Below, one piece after another: positions 39,653 through 49,426 of a stretch of 64,000 bases of DNA. Each line of letters starts with the position of its first letter. Positions within the stretch are counted from its first letter, which is position 1. Position numbers and translations under genes: made by a program. The stretch comes from Marinicella sp. Its GTDB lineage: Bacteria; Pseudomonadota; Gammaproteobacteria; Xanthomonadales; Marinicellaceae. Location of the stretch: positions 544,001 to 608,000 of the forward strand of contig OZ246001.1 of assembly GCA_965230295.1 (NCBI GenBank), given 5' to 3'. The notes beneath the pieces were generated by a model. The model saw only the letters and a list, made by a program, of their open reading frames with translations. It made no database searches and was not told the DNA's origin.

Positions 39653-41701
39653 TCATGGTTTTAAATTCACCCGTAATATATCAGATTCAGCCCGATCAGT
39701 CCTGGTTATTAACAATTGTGACTCATCATTGCTCACACTGAGGGACGTGCCCACAGAAAAAGGCCGGTGCTCGGTCACTTTCTGCATCGCTCCGTTGCTT
39801 AAGTCCAATCGCCAAATGCCTGAAAATTCACCGCCACGATCAAAATAAACTGCCTCATTAACCACTGTCCAAAAGTTAAAAGCTGTGCTTCTTAACTGGT
39901 CTGTTATCAACCTTTCTTGTTGGTTCTTTTGATCATAGCCAAACAAACCATCTTGTGCTGTTTTACTGTAAATCAACAGGCCACTGTCCGAGACCATAAA
40001 GCGGCTCACAAACTGTACAGGGAAAACTTCAACACCATCATCTGACAACTTCAGTATTTGGTTATTGAGTTCTACTGATTTTGCCAGTGCATAATAATCA
40101 CCTTGGTGTTCCTCTGCAGCCATATGTGCGTGACCAAAATCCAATTCAACTTTTTCTTGGCTGTTTAAATCCAGGATCAATGTACCGTAGCCACGATCAT
40201 CATTGATGGTCATCAACACCTTTTCCTCTGTATGGTGCCAACTGGGCCTGGTTAATTTGGCACCTTCAATAGAGACCAGTAATTTCTCTTCTTGACTGCT
40301 TAAATCATAAAGCCAAATGGCGCTTTGATCCATGCGATTACTGGAAAACAGGAACTGATTTCCGTTTGGCGAGAACACTGGATAGTTGTCGTATTTAGTT
40401 GAATGTATCACCCGGTTGAAACCATCAGAAGAAACATCATACAGCCAGATATTCGCTTCATAGCTGACTTCTTGAAAAGTCATTCGGGATCTGGCTTGAT
40501 CAAATGCAGGGTGTTGAGCACCATAAGCACCCAAAAGTTGAGGTACCTGTTCATTGATGTTGATTATCCACAACTGTCTGCTGCCACTCAAATCTGAATC
40601 AAAAACGATGTGTTCATTGTCATACCAAGTGTGACTGATGGTGTAATGTTCACCTTGTGTCAGTGCCCACTCTTCACCAGTTATGAGGTTCTTCAACCAC
40701 AGGTTCCTGACTGATTGGTTGCCTCTGGAAAAACTTAAGAATGTTTGATCTTGACTGAATTCAGGCGACCAGTCTTGGACATCGATGCTTGGCGGAGTTG
40801 TCAAGACAGTTTGTTCTCCTGTATTCATCATAACCTGCATGATGCCGACCAATCCTTGCTGATTTGGGCCTGCAAATGCGATGCTTTGCGCTCTTTCATT
40901 CCATGTCAAAGTCCTGGACTCTGAATTGAATTCACATGCTGCCATGTCTTTGAATTGCCGTGTTTTTAAGTGATAAGATTTCAAGTAACAAACCGTTTGA
41001 TCGCGGGCCGTAAAAATCAACAAGTCCTGCTCTGGCAGAAACAATGGCGAACCCAACCAATGGCGTGCCAATTCCACCACATGCTGCAGGCTGGCATCAT
41101 CTAACGATTTGACAATAATTTGGCTGCCCTGGCTGTTGTATTTGACATAGCTCAACCATTGACCATCTGAACTCATGGTACTTTGGCGCTCCATGCCGGG
41201 TAAGGCCGTGACTCGACTGGCATTGGTCACTGCTTTTTGTAATTGCTCGGCTGTGGTTTCTTGCTGCGAATAAAAGTATGTGAATAACAACAGAATAAAA
41301 ACACCCAAGATCGCCAATACAGCGTTTAACAATTGCTTTCTTTTGGTTTTAACTGGAATGGCTGTTTGGGTTAACTGATAACCTTTTTTGGGGATGGTTT
41401 TGATGTACTTGGCTTGACTGGCAGAATCACCCAGTATTTTCCTTAATTCGGCTATGGTTCTGGATAAGGCATCTTCATTAACCCATTTATTTACCCAGAT
41501 CTGTTCTAGAAAGACTTCTCGAGTAACCACCTCGGGTGCATTTTGAATCAATAACCACAAAACCTCATTCAATTGAGTGGACAATCGGGTAGATTGTTGA
41601 CCGCGGAACAGCTCACCCGTGTCAGGCAGGTATTGCCAATCACCCAACTGCCACAAGCCTGTGCTTTCAGCGGTCATCTTTTTTGAACTTGTGTTTGACA
41701 T
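39653..41701 (-). CDS. ToxR/CadC-like one-component regulator: winged helix, TM, TolB-like (PD40) propellers
   Basis: LSRTIAELRKILGD..YIKTIPKKGYQL; one TM; PxFSPxG/FSSNR blades. Confidence 0.9.
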   Translation of the reverse strand: MSNTSSKKMTAESTGLWQLGDWQYLPDTGELFRGQQSTRLSTQLNEVLWLLIQNAPEVVTREVFLEQIWVNKWVNEDALSRTIAELRKILGDSASQAKYIKTIPKKGYQLTQTAIPVKTKRKQLLNAVLAILGVFILLLFTYFYSQQETTAEQLQKAVTNASRVTALPGMERQSTMSSDGQWLSYVKYNSQGSQIIVKSLDDASLQHVVELARHWLGSPLFLPEQDLLIFTARDQTVCYLKSYHLKTRQFKDMAACEFNSESRTLTWNERAQSIAFAGPNQQGLVGIMQVMMNTGEQTVLTTPPSIDVQDWSPEFSQDQTFLSFSRGNQSVRNLWLKNLITGEEWALTQGEHYTISHTWYDNEHIVFDSDLSGSRQLWIININEQVPQLLGAYGAQHPAFDQARSRMTFQEVSYEANIWLYDVSSDGFNRVIHSTKYDNYPVFSPNGNQFLFSSNRMDQSAIWLYDLSSQEEKLLVSIEGAKLTRPSWHHTEEKVLMTINDDRGYGTLILDLNSQEKVELDFGHAHMAAEEHQGDYYALAKSVELNNQILKLSDDGVEVFPVQFVSRFMVSDSGLLIYSKTAQDGLFGYDQKNQQERLITDQLRSTAFNFWTVVNEAVYFDRGGEFSGIWRLDLSNGAMQKVTEHRPFSVGTSLSVSNDESQLLITRTDRAESDILRVNLKP

Positions 41702-41784
41702 TTCAAAGTAAATAGGAAGTTTTCCGAAGGTTTTTTTTCATGTTCTCAGTCAGTATTTACATTTTCACAAACCAAGAGATAAAC

Positions 41785-43110
41785 ATGAAATTATTAATCA
41801 TATGCGGACTCATTATAACCAGCGCTTTCGTAGACGCACAAGACTTGGGTGACCCCAACTGTGACACTTTATTGTTGGTCAGCAGTTGGAGTAGAGACAA
41901 CGTAAAAATCTATGATGGATGTGACGGTGAGTACATCAGGGATTTGGCCGATCCAGGCGTCCTGGACGGTCCCCAAAGCATGTTTCAAGAACCCAATGGC
42001 AACCTCATTGTGGTCAGTGAATCCAATCATAAACTGGTTCAATTCGACCGTGACACCTTATCAAGTCCAACAACAGTGATTGACTCTGGCCAATTCAATA
42101 ACCCCATCACTGTGGTCCCAAAAGACGACAACACCATCTATTTAGGCAGTTACTCAAGCAATGAAATCGCCGAAGTAGATACCCTCACTTGGCAAACCAA
42201 TCGAACGGTGTTAGCTGCCAACAATGGACAAATTCAGGGCATCGACATTGGCATGGCGATGGGCCCCGATGGACAGCTTTACGTACCTGGTTATGACTCA
42301 GACAACATTCTAAAAGTCAATCCAAACACCGGCACCACCAGTCAGTTCATCCCATCTGGTGCATTCAACTTAGATCGGCCGCGCTCAATCCTGTTCTTGG
42401 CAGATCGCATGTTGGTTACCGCTTGGGGTAACCAAGCCATTTTAAGTTTCGACTTCAATGGTCAGTTGCTGGATACTGTGGTTTCCGGGTTCCCTGGTGC
42501 TGCTGGTATGGTGATGGATGGCCCTGACCATATTTTAGTCACCAGTGATACGCTCAGCACAGTGCGTCGCTATCGATTGAGTGACTTCAGTTTTGAAACC
42601 GTGGTTCCTGCCCGCAGTGGCGGCTTAGCGGGTGCCACTTTTGTGTATCGTTTGACCAAGGTACCTAATGAAGTGGCCATCACAGGCCTGCGCCAAGCCT
42701 GGTTAACAGGTGTGGGTACCATCAATGACAACCAATTGCTGGTCAGTGAATTCATCACCACCGGAGGGCAATTTGGCGAAGCCTTTGATGCCACTGACAT
42801 TGAAGTCGTCTTCTGGGGCGAAGTGTTGTTAGAATTCACCGGTTGTCATACCGCCATGATGTCATATTCTTCTGTTTTGAAAGTCAACGAAACATCTTTT
42901 GGCAGCGGTGCCTACCCGGTTGAACGGCTGGCCATGAATCCATATGGCGTTCAGTGTGATGACATAGGGTTTGCTCAAATGACTGATTCACGCTACATGT
43001 CTGGCGTTTTTTATGGCGGTGTTGAGCGCAATGGTGAGGGCTTTACCGTTGATTACCTGAACCGAAACCAAGCTGTGGTGACTTGGTTTACCTACTTACC
43101 ACAAGAATAA
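41785..43110 (+). CDS. Secreted NHL-like beta-propeller protein with uncharacterised C-terminal domain
   Basis: Signal peptide; LDGP/LDRP/GMAMGPDGQLYV blades; C-terminal region similar to 44243-45289. Confidence 0.75.
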   Translation: MKLLIICGLIITSAFVDAQDLGDPNCDTLLLVSSWSRDNVKIYDGCDGEYIRDLADPGVLDGPQSMFQEPNGNLIVVSESNHKLVQFDRDTLSSPTTVIDSGQFNNPITVVPKDDNTIYLGSYSSNEIAEVDTLTWQTNRTVLAANNGQIQGIDIGMAMGPDGQLYVPGYDSDNILKVNPNTGTTSQFIPSGAFNLDRPRSILFLADRMLVTAWGNQAILSFDFNGQLLDTVVSGFPGAAGMVMDGPDHILVTSDTLSTVRRYRLSDFSFETVVPARSGGLAGATFVYRLTKVPNEVAITGLRQAWLTGVGTINDNQLLVSEFITTGGQFGEAFDATDIEVVFWGEVLLEFTGCHTAMMSYSSVLKVNETSFGSGAYPVERLAMNPYGVQCDDIGFAQMTDSRYMSGVFYGGVERNGEGFTVDYLNRNQAVVTWFTYLPQE

Positions 43111-43632
43111 TCAATGTTTTGATTGGGTTCTGAGCAGTGAAGCACTTAACAAACTGATGATCAATCCAACCGGCAAGATTTCTATCAAGGTAATGAAAGC
43201 CCTGAAATAAAACTTTGCATACAAAGCAGCAAAGTCAGCCATTTCTTGCTGAAATGATTCAATGGCTGCTGCCGTCGCACCATCGTCTCTCATTTTTGCT
43301 AAATGTGATTCTTGGTATGCAGCCATGAAGTCCTGCCCAGCATTTTGGTAATACAATTCCCATGAAATCACATAACAGGCTGAAGCAATCAACGTGACCC
43401 AAAGGCCCACCATAAATGCCGTTTTAAAGCCAATCACACCACCTAAATGATGATCTCTGTGCTGTTTAACTGCAATGAATATGACTGATAATCCAACGAT
43501 CATGATCAGATAACCCAACCACTCTGATTGACTGTGGCTGGACTCAGGCCCGGCTGACCACAACATCAATGAAGAGATGCCTGAAATCAGTAAAGCTGCA
43601 ATGATGCCGTTGACGAAAACTATTTTTTTCAT
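43111..43632 (-). CDS. DUF4199 family membrane protein
   Basis: GYxxMxxxLSxIFxAVKxxRD...GGxIxFxxAFxxGL; EILPVGL. Confidence 0.85.
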   Translation of the reverse strand: MKKIVFVNGIIAALLISGISSLMLWSAGPESSHSQSEWLGYLIMIVGLSVIFIAVKQHRDHHLGGVIGFKTAFMVGLWVTLIASACYVISWELYYQNAGQDFMAAYQESHLAKMRDDGATAAAIESFQQEMADFAALYAKFYFRAFITLIEILPVGLIISLLSASLLRTQSKH

Positions 43633-43686
43633 AGAAGGTTCCTGTAACAAATCACCAGCAATCATAACGCCTGGATTTTCAATGTC

Positions 43687-43704
43687 TTCACCCAAACAGG
43701 TGAA
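43687..43704. promoter_or_regulatory. Palindrome TTCACC-N6-GGTGAA, candidate LuxR-type operator
   Basis: Perfect 6-bp arms between the LuxR gene and the DUF4199 start. Confidence 0.45.
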
Positions 43705-43717
43705 TTCAATATTTTTT

Positions 43718-44134
43718 CTATTGAATGATGCTCAATTCCTTGAGTTTATTGATGGCTTGTAAGCGGCTATTCACCTCAAGCTTACTGAACCCGTTTTTTA
43801 AGTGAGTTTTTACGGTATTGACAGAAACATACAATTGATCTGCGATGTCCTGATTAGACAAACCTTCAGCCAGTTTTTGTAAAACTTGCAATTCTCGTTC
43901 AGATAACCTCAAAGCGTTGATGGCTCTGATATTGGGCTGAAATGGTCCGATGGTCTCATTTTTTCTCATCAGTCGGCCACTGAACCACATGCCCAATAAA
44001 GTAAAAAATACGGCTATGAACAGCACATACAGTTGCCAACTGATGTCCCTGACCAACCACTTATATTCGATGCTTTTCAATACCGCCACCAAGAAGGCCA
44101 ATGACATACCATAAATGATCACAGTTCTTTTCAT
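43718..44134 (-). CDS. Membrane-anchored LuxR-type HTH regulator
   Basis: Two N-terminal TMs; LSERELQVL..GLSNQDIADQLYVSVNTVKTHL. Confidence 0.9.
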   Translation of the reverse strand: MKRTVIIYGMSLAFLVAVLKSIEYKWLVRDISWQLYVLFIAVFFTLLGMWFSGRLMRKNETIGPFQPNIRAINALRLSERELQVLQKLAEGLSNQDIADQLYVSVNTVKTHLKNGFSKLEVNSRLQAINKLKELSIIQ

Positions 44135-44242
44135 GAGGTTATTTTAACAACTTATGGCATGGCACAAGAAAATATGTTGGTTTTCCCTGTTACTACTACA
44201 GTATTTTTCGTACAATGACTGAACTTAGCCAGAGGGTCAATC

Positions 44243-45289
44243 ATGAATAAACCATTAAAAGTCACTGTTTTTTTGTTTTTATCAACCTCCGTTTTTGCCC
44301 AAGACTTCCAAGTCCAACAAGCACATACTGGAGCTTGGTTTAATCCGGATGAGTCTGGACATGGCCTCATGTTGGAAGTTTTCACTGATGATTTGGCGCT
44401 GATGTGGTGGTTTACTTTTGATTCCGAAGGCAATCGCACTTGGTTTGGTGGTGTCGGTAACATAACGGGAGACACCATCACTATTGAAGCCTACGAAGTC
44501 AGCGGGGGTGCTTTTCCTCCAGAATTTGATGCCAATAATATCAATCAAGTTGTTTGGGGTGAAATCATCATTCGTTTCGAATCTTGTACACAAGGTACAG
44601 TCAACTGGACTCCTGTACTGGACGGTTATCAATCAGGCTCTATGCCCATAAGCAGGTTAACCGGGATAGAGCAACTGATTTGTGTTGAGCCTGAAGAAAT
44701 CAATGCCATGAATATTAACTTCAGCACCACTCAGGTCGTATTGGATGGTACCAACAGCCCTGGCGAGTGGGATGAAGCTTTCACAGCTGAAATCGTTGTT
44801 AATGCAGGATGGACTGTACCGGTTGCCATCATGACCAATGGCAGCGAAATTTCTATTTTATTTGATAACCTGGCTGGACCGAATGGTTCCAATGATGTCC
44901 AGGCTGTTCGGCCAGACACCCTCTTTCCTGAAGTGTTTATTAAAACAGACCCTGAAGTGCCCACCTGGAATTTCAATACCTTTTGGTTCCATGCCTCATT
45001 CCAAGATTGTTTTCAACCGCGTGCCTGGAACTTGGCATTTGACTGTAATTTTTCATTGCCCTTATGGTCAGCAACTAATTGGCCACTGAGCTCAGGTCAA
45101 GCCTCAGAGATCGTCATCAGCTATGAAAGGCTGGGATTGGAAGACAACAAAAGTGCTGAGTTATTATTGAATTTAACCTTAACCAGTGCTTTATTGGGCA
45201 ACAATGTATACCACTCCTGGCCCGCCAGTGCCCAGGCAGACCAACCATCAAGTTGGCTAACGGTGGTGCTGCCTGCGGTCGACGAGTAA
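44243..45289 (+). CDS. Secreted protein with TGAWFNP/WFTFD domain and a CBM9/DOMON-like C-terminal region
   Basis: Signal peptide; GAWFNPxxSGHG..WFTFDxxGxxxW..WG..FxSC..RL; LDG...GEWD motif. Confidence 0.65.
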   Translation: MNKPLKVTVFLFLSTSVFAQDFQVQQAHTGAWFNPDESGHGLMLEVFTDDLALMWWFTFDSEGNRTWFGGVGNITGDTITIEAYEVSGGAFPPEFDANNINQVVWGEIIIRFESCTQGTVNWTPVLDGYQSGSMPISRLTGIEQLICVEPEEINAMNINFSTTQVVLDGTNSPGEWDEAFTAEIVVNAGWTVPVAIMTNGSEISILFDNLAGPNGSNDVQAVRPDTLFPEVFIKTDPEVPTWNFNTFWFHASFQDCFQPRAWNLAFDCNFSLPLWSATNWPLSSGQASEIVISYERLGLEDNKSAELLLNLTLTSALLGNNVYHSWPASAQADQPSSWLTVVLPAVDE

Positions 45290-46540
45290 CTACATGTTTT
45301 GCACTGAGGATGTATTTTTTACCAAGGTCATCTGTGAATGACGATTACGCCACAACGAGAAGACTGCAGACAAAACCAAAGCCGCACCCAGCAACAAAAT
45401 CCAAACAGAATCAATGATGGACAAAGGACCACCAATGGTGGCTATGATCACATTGGTGATACAAAATGTGGAGGTTTGTAATCCCATCACTTTACCTTGC
45501 CCCAAATGGCCAAACTGATGCGACAGATAACTGGGAACCATGCCATTGGTCATCGCGATCGTTCCGCCGATCAAGGCAAACATAAAAAACGTGGAAAAAT
45601 AGCCTAAGAAGGGTTGCACAGTCAACAATACAGACAGAATCAGGCCGCCGACCAACATGGCTTTGATTTCTCCAAAGGAGGATTGCACCCTGGCTACTGA
45701 TGTGCTGCTGACAATGATCATCACTGTGGTTAAACACACCGTTGCCCAAGCAATGAGTTGACCATCTGCCTGGTGGTAATCTACGTACCACACCGGATAG
45801 AAGTCATAAAATGCATTCAAACCCATTGAATACAGGAAATAAAACCAAAAAATGGGCCTGATTTCATGATGTCGCAGCAGTGTTAATGAATTGTTTTCTT
45901 TGATCGCTTGCCAAAAAGGTGTCTGGTCTAATTCATCTGAACGATCCTTGTTGATCAATAGCGCGACCAATACCACTGATAACAACATACCAACCCCTGC
46001 CAACAAGAACACTTCAGCCACACCATAGACCATCAAAAAACCGCCAATAACCGGCCCCAACAGCCAACCTGTATAAGTGGCGGCATACACCATTGACAAA
46101 GCCTTGGTTCGATCAATGGCAGGATGCAATTCAGCAGCAATGGCTCGGGCAATTGATATGTTACCTTCACAAACTCCTGTAAGAAAACGTGCTGTGACAA
46201 AGAAAACAAAAGATTCCTGGTAAATTGCCCATGCTGTTAAGCCATAACCAATCACAGATCCCATCAGGGTGATTTGCAAAACTTTCTTCCGACCAAATCC
46301 ATCAGAAAGCGCACCGATATAGATGCTGCCTAGCAACAAACCCAATGGATAAATGGCCAAACAAATACCCAAAAGTATCTTCGGATGGAAACCCATAAAG
46401 TGGGTCAGGTCATTGGCTGGGTAGTCGATAAAATAAGGGGCCAATACCGGGTAGGGCAAAGCAATACCCATGGTACCTAACAAGCCAACCAGCATCACCG
46501 TCATGAGAATCAATTTAGGGTTATTGATCATCGAAATCAC
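45290..46540 (-). CDS. MFS transporter (TetA/DHA1-like)
   Basis: GALSDxFGRKK motif A, RFLTGVCEGNISIARA, GPVIGG; ~12 TMs. Confidence 0.9.
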   Translation of the reverse strand: MISMINNPKLILMTVMLVGLLGTMGIALPYPVLAPYFIDYPANDLTHFMGFHPKILLGICLAIYPLGLLLGSIYIGALSDGFGRKKVLQITLMGSVIGYGLTAWAIYQESFVFFVTARFLTGVCEGNISIARAIAAELHPAIDRTKALSMVYAATYTGWLLGPVIGGFLMVYGVAEVFLLAGVGMLLSVVLVALLINKDRSDELDQTPFWQAIKENNSLTLLRHHEIRPIFWFYFLYSMGLNAFYDFYPVWYVDYHQADGQLIAWATVCLTTVMIIVSSTSVARVQSSFGEIKAMLVGGLILSVLLTVQPFLGYFSTFFMFALIGGTIAMTNGMVPSYLSHQFGHLGQGKVMGLQTSTFCITNVIIATIGGPLSIIDSVWILLLGAALVLSAVFSLWRNRHSQMTLVKNTSSVQNM

Positions 46541-46570
46541 CGGTTGTGAGTCTTTTATGTTGCCTCGTTG

Positions 46571-48934
46571 TTACAGGCTTTGTGACTGCTTATTGAGGCT
46601 TGCTTCGAACTCAAGCAATTCTTGGTAGTCACGATACTCCGGATCGGCATTTGACCACAATTGTTTAATCCGATTGATTGAATTTGTCGCCTGCTCATAT
46701 TCCCCCATGGCAGCAAACACTTTGGTTTGTAACACAATGCATTGACCGAACAAGGGGTTTCGCAACAAAATTTCATCCAAAATAACAAGTGCTTCTTGAT
46801 ATTGTTCTGCCTCGAACAGGGTTTTAGCCTTTTGAAATTTCAATTCATCCAAAATGAAATAGGCATTTAAATTCAAAAATGATTGTTTGGATTCCTCAAT
46901 GGCCTGTGTATGCAACAGCAAGGCTTGATCAAACTCACCTTGTTTTCTAAGATGCACAGCCTTGGCTGAAAGCACAAATTGGTCATAAACAGTCATCTGA
47001 AACTCTTGTTTAAAGGCTTCGAACTTGTCCATTGCTTGCTTGGCCAGGTCATCATTTCCCATCAACTCCTGAATGTTGTGTTCCATCATAAACAACATTT
47101 GGTCAAACGGTGGCTTGGTCTGTGACCGCATATCTGCGAGCATCTGCAAAGATTTTTCATCTTCCTGTAGATAGGCCCAGTATGCCGCCTCCTTTCCATC
47201 AAACATCAATATTTGCGTCAAGGGCGGCATGTAAGACTGACTGGCTGTCTTCATTTGACCCAAAGCCGTCATGGCCTCTTTCAAACGACCAGTAAAGTAC
47301 AGCACTGTTTCCTTTTCAGTCAGGATATTAACTTTGTCTGCATCAGATTCTGCCTTGGTCAACAAATGATCCATGGCAGCCAACCCTTGCTCAACCTCTC
47401 CTTGCATGGTCATTATTTTAGCCAAACCCAAATCAGCACTGATGTTATTAATGCTAAGCAAACTGGCCTCATCATATTTTTCTCTGGCCAGCTCAATGTC
47501 ACCAAACTGCATATAAGTTTCAGCCATTGCCAGTAATGGCTCGGTTTCATTGGGCTCGTCATGTTGGTACAGCTCAAGCACTTCTATGGCTTTGTCTTTA
47601 TCGCCTTTTAATCGATAAATCTTTGCTAAGTTGATGTAAGTTTCGGAGCCGGCTTCTTGTAACTCGTTCAACCGCTCAAAAACCTTCAGCGCATCATCCA
47701 AACGATTGCCGATGAAGATGTAGTTGCTACCGAGAATACGCAGTGCGTCGGCACTGTCATCATGAATTTTGACCCAGTTTTCCAGTACCCTGATCGCTTT
47801 GGTTTGCTCTCCATTGATGGCGTAATAATTTGCTTTGACTTTGAACACCGATTCTTGGTACAGCTTGTATTCCAATTTCAATGCATCTTCTGCAGCCTGT
47901 TTGGCTGATTCGAAGTCGCCCATGGCACGGAAATAATCAATCAACAAGACATAGGCTTCGGCCAATGATTCATCGCTTTCCAGAGCCGTTTTCAGGTGTT
48001 CAACACCTTCGACATAGTTATTTTCAAAGGTGACTGCATTCAATGCATTAATCACTTGTTTAATGGCTGTGATATTGGTTGAGACATGATCAGAGATGGC
48101 CAAATCCGGAATCAATGTGGGCTGTATATTGGCTTGTTTCAAAATGATGGTGCCCAGTTGTTCTGCCACATCATCTAAGGCAAACAACCAGTCATCGTAT
48201 GCTGATGTGATGGTGGTGACCAAAGCACCCGTTACCACATCATACAAAGACACTTCGAAGGACAATTGTGCACCATCTTTGTTGATTTCACCTTTAATCA
48301 TCCACTGAGAATCCCGGTCATCAGCAATACTGAGGTCTAAAGATAACGGTTCTCCAACGGCATCTTCATACCCCTGTTTGGTGACTCGATTGAACATGGT
48401 CCTGGAATCGTAGGGTGTTTGGATACTAATGATGGGACTGCGATGTAAATCTTTAGAGACCAACCATGCCGCACCATAACTTAACCAATCCAGCTCTTCA
48501 TCTCCGGTGTTGTTATCCCAGAAGAAGCTGGTGACTTTTTGATTCAGCCCGGTTTTAGCAACTTCAAACTCCACCATTTGACCGGTTTGTTCATCCACAA
48601 CGCTCATGATTTCAGTGGCATTGACTTCGGGCTTGATGAATGATTCGACTGCAAACCAGGCGATCGCGATGTTAAAAGGTATGAATATGATCTGTTTTTG
48701 GGTCCACTTGTCCTTGCCCGGACGGCCATGACCCCATGCCAATAAACCAACCAACGGAATAAAAGCGATCATGATGACGAAAATATAAGAAGAGGTTTGT
48801 TCAGGCACAGCAAATCGTTCACTCATCCACTCACCAATTTCAACAGCCAACCACACGGCGGCCACATACATACCGAGTATTTGCGGCACTCTTCGCTCGA
48901 TGAGCTCAGTCATTAAACTCTTATTGCGGGTCAT
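46571..48934 (-). CDS. Membrane-anchored TolB-N-like/TPR protein
   Basis: ELxxRRVPQxxxxYxxxxW TM module; FxNxTGDxELDWL; many TPR helices. Confidence 0.8.
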   Translation of the reverse strand: MTRNKSLMTELIERRVPQILGMYVAAVWLAVEIGEWMSERFAVPEQTSSYIFVIMIAFIPLVGLLAWGHGRPGKDKWTQKQIIFIPFNIAIAWFAVESFIKPEVNATEIMSVVDEQTGQMVEFEVAKTGLNQKVTSFFWDNNTGDEELDWLSYGAAWLVSKDLHRSPIISIQTPYDSRTMFNRVTKQGYEDAVGEPLSLDLSIADDRDSQWMIKGEINKDGAQLSFEVSLYDVVTGALVTTITSAYDDWLFALDDVAEQLGTIILKQANIQPTLIPDLAISDHVSTNITAIKQVINALNAVTFENNYVEGVEHLKTALESDESLAEAYVLLIDYFRAMGDFESAKQAAEDALKLEYKLYQESVFKVKANYYAINGEQTKAIRVLENWVKIHDDSADALRILGSNYIFIGNRLDDALKVFERLNELQEAGSETYINLAKIYRLKGDKDKAIEVLELYQHDEPNETEPLLAMAETYMQFGDIELAREKYDEASLLSINNISADLGLAKIMTMQGEVEQGLAAMDHLLTKAESDADKVNILTEKETVLYFTGRLKEAMTALGQMKTASQSYMPPLTQILMFDGKEAAYWAYLQEDEKSLQMLADMRSQTKPPFDQMLFMMEHNIQELMGNDDLAKQAMDKFEAFKQEFQMTVYDQFVLSAKAVHLRKQGEFDQALLLHTQAIEESKQSFLNLNAYFILDELKFQKAKTLFEAEQYQEALVILDEILLRNPLFGQCIVLQTKVFAAMGEYEQATNSINRIKQLWSNADPEYRDYQELLEFEASLNKQSQSL

Positions 48935-49001
48935 TTTCTATCCATCCAATAATTGGTAAATGCATTATACTATGACAATCTTACTGATAGAAAGGTCGCA
49001 A

Positions 49002-49208
49002 ATGACAGATACAAAATTCATTGATTTAGAAACGCGCATTGCCTTTCTAGAAGATACGGTTGAAGCATTGAATAAGCTGGTCTATCAACAATCCAAGGAA
49101 ATTTCACAGTACCAACAAGCTTTGCAAGACATGACACAACACATGAAACAAGTGCAAAGTGATATTGAGGAGTTCAAGCCACAAAACGAAATTCCCCCCC
49201 ATTATTGA
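49002..49208 (+). CDS. slyX: SlyX family protein
   Basis: LETRIAFLEDTVEALN...QQ; terminal PPHY. Confidence 0.9.
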   Translation: MTDTKFIDLETRIAFLEDTVEALNKLVYQQSKEISQYQQALQDMTQHMKQVQSDIEEFKPQNEIPPHY

Positions 49209-49210
49209 TG

Positions 49211-49400
49211 GAATTCCGAGTTCGCTTCTTTTGACTATGCCAAAAACCGCAAACTCTTCATATATTTGATGAGTTTATTTCTGGATCACTCCGCTCACCA
49301 ACCATAAACATCGGCTGAATTCCGAGTTCGCTTCTTTTGCTACGCTAAAAACTGCCTATAAGGATGTAGGTATGCCGCGAGCGAATGGATGCAAAAGCGG
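49211..49400. repeat. Structured intergenic repeat related to 32959-33260
   Basis: Direct repeat GAATTCCGAGTTCGCTTCTTTTG at 49211 and 49317; hairpin CCTATAAGGATGTAGG; reverse complement matches 33026-33069. Confidence 0.75.
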
Positions 49401-49426
49401 TAAACTAGAGGGGTGTAGATAGGCCG

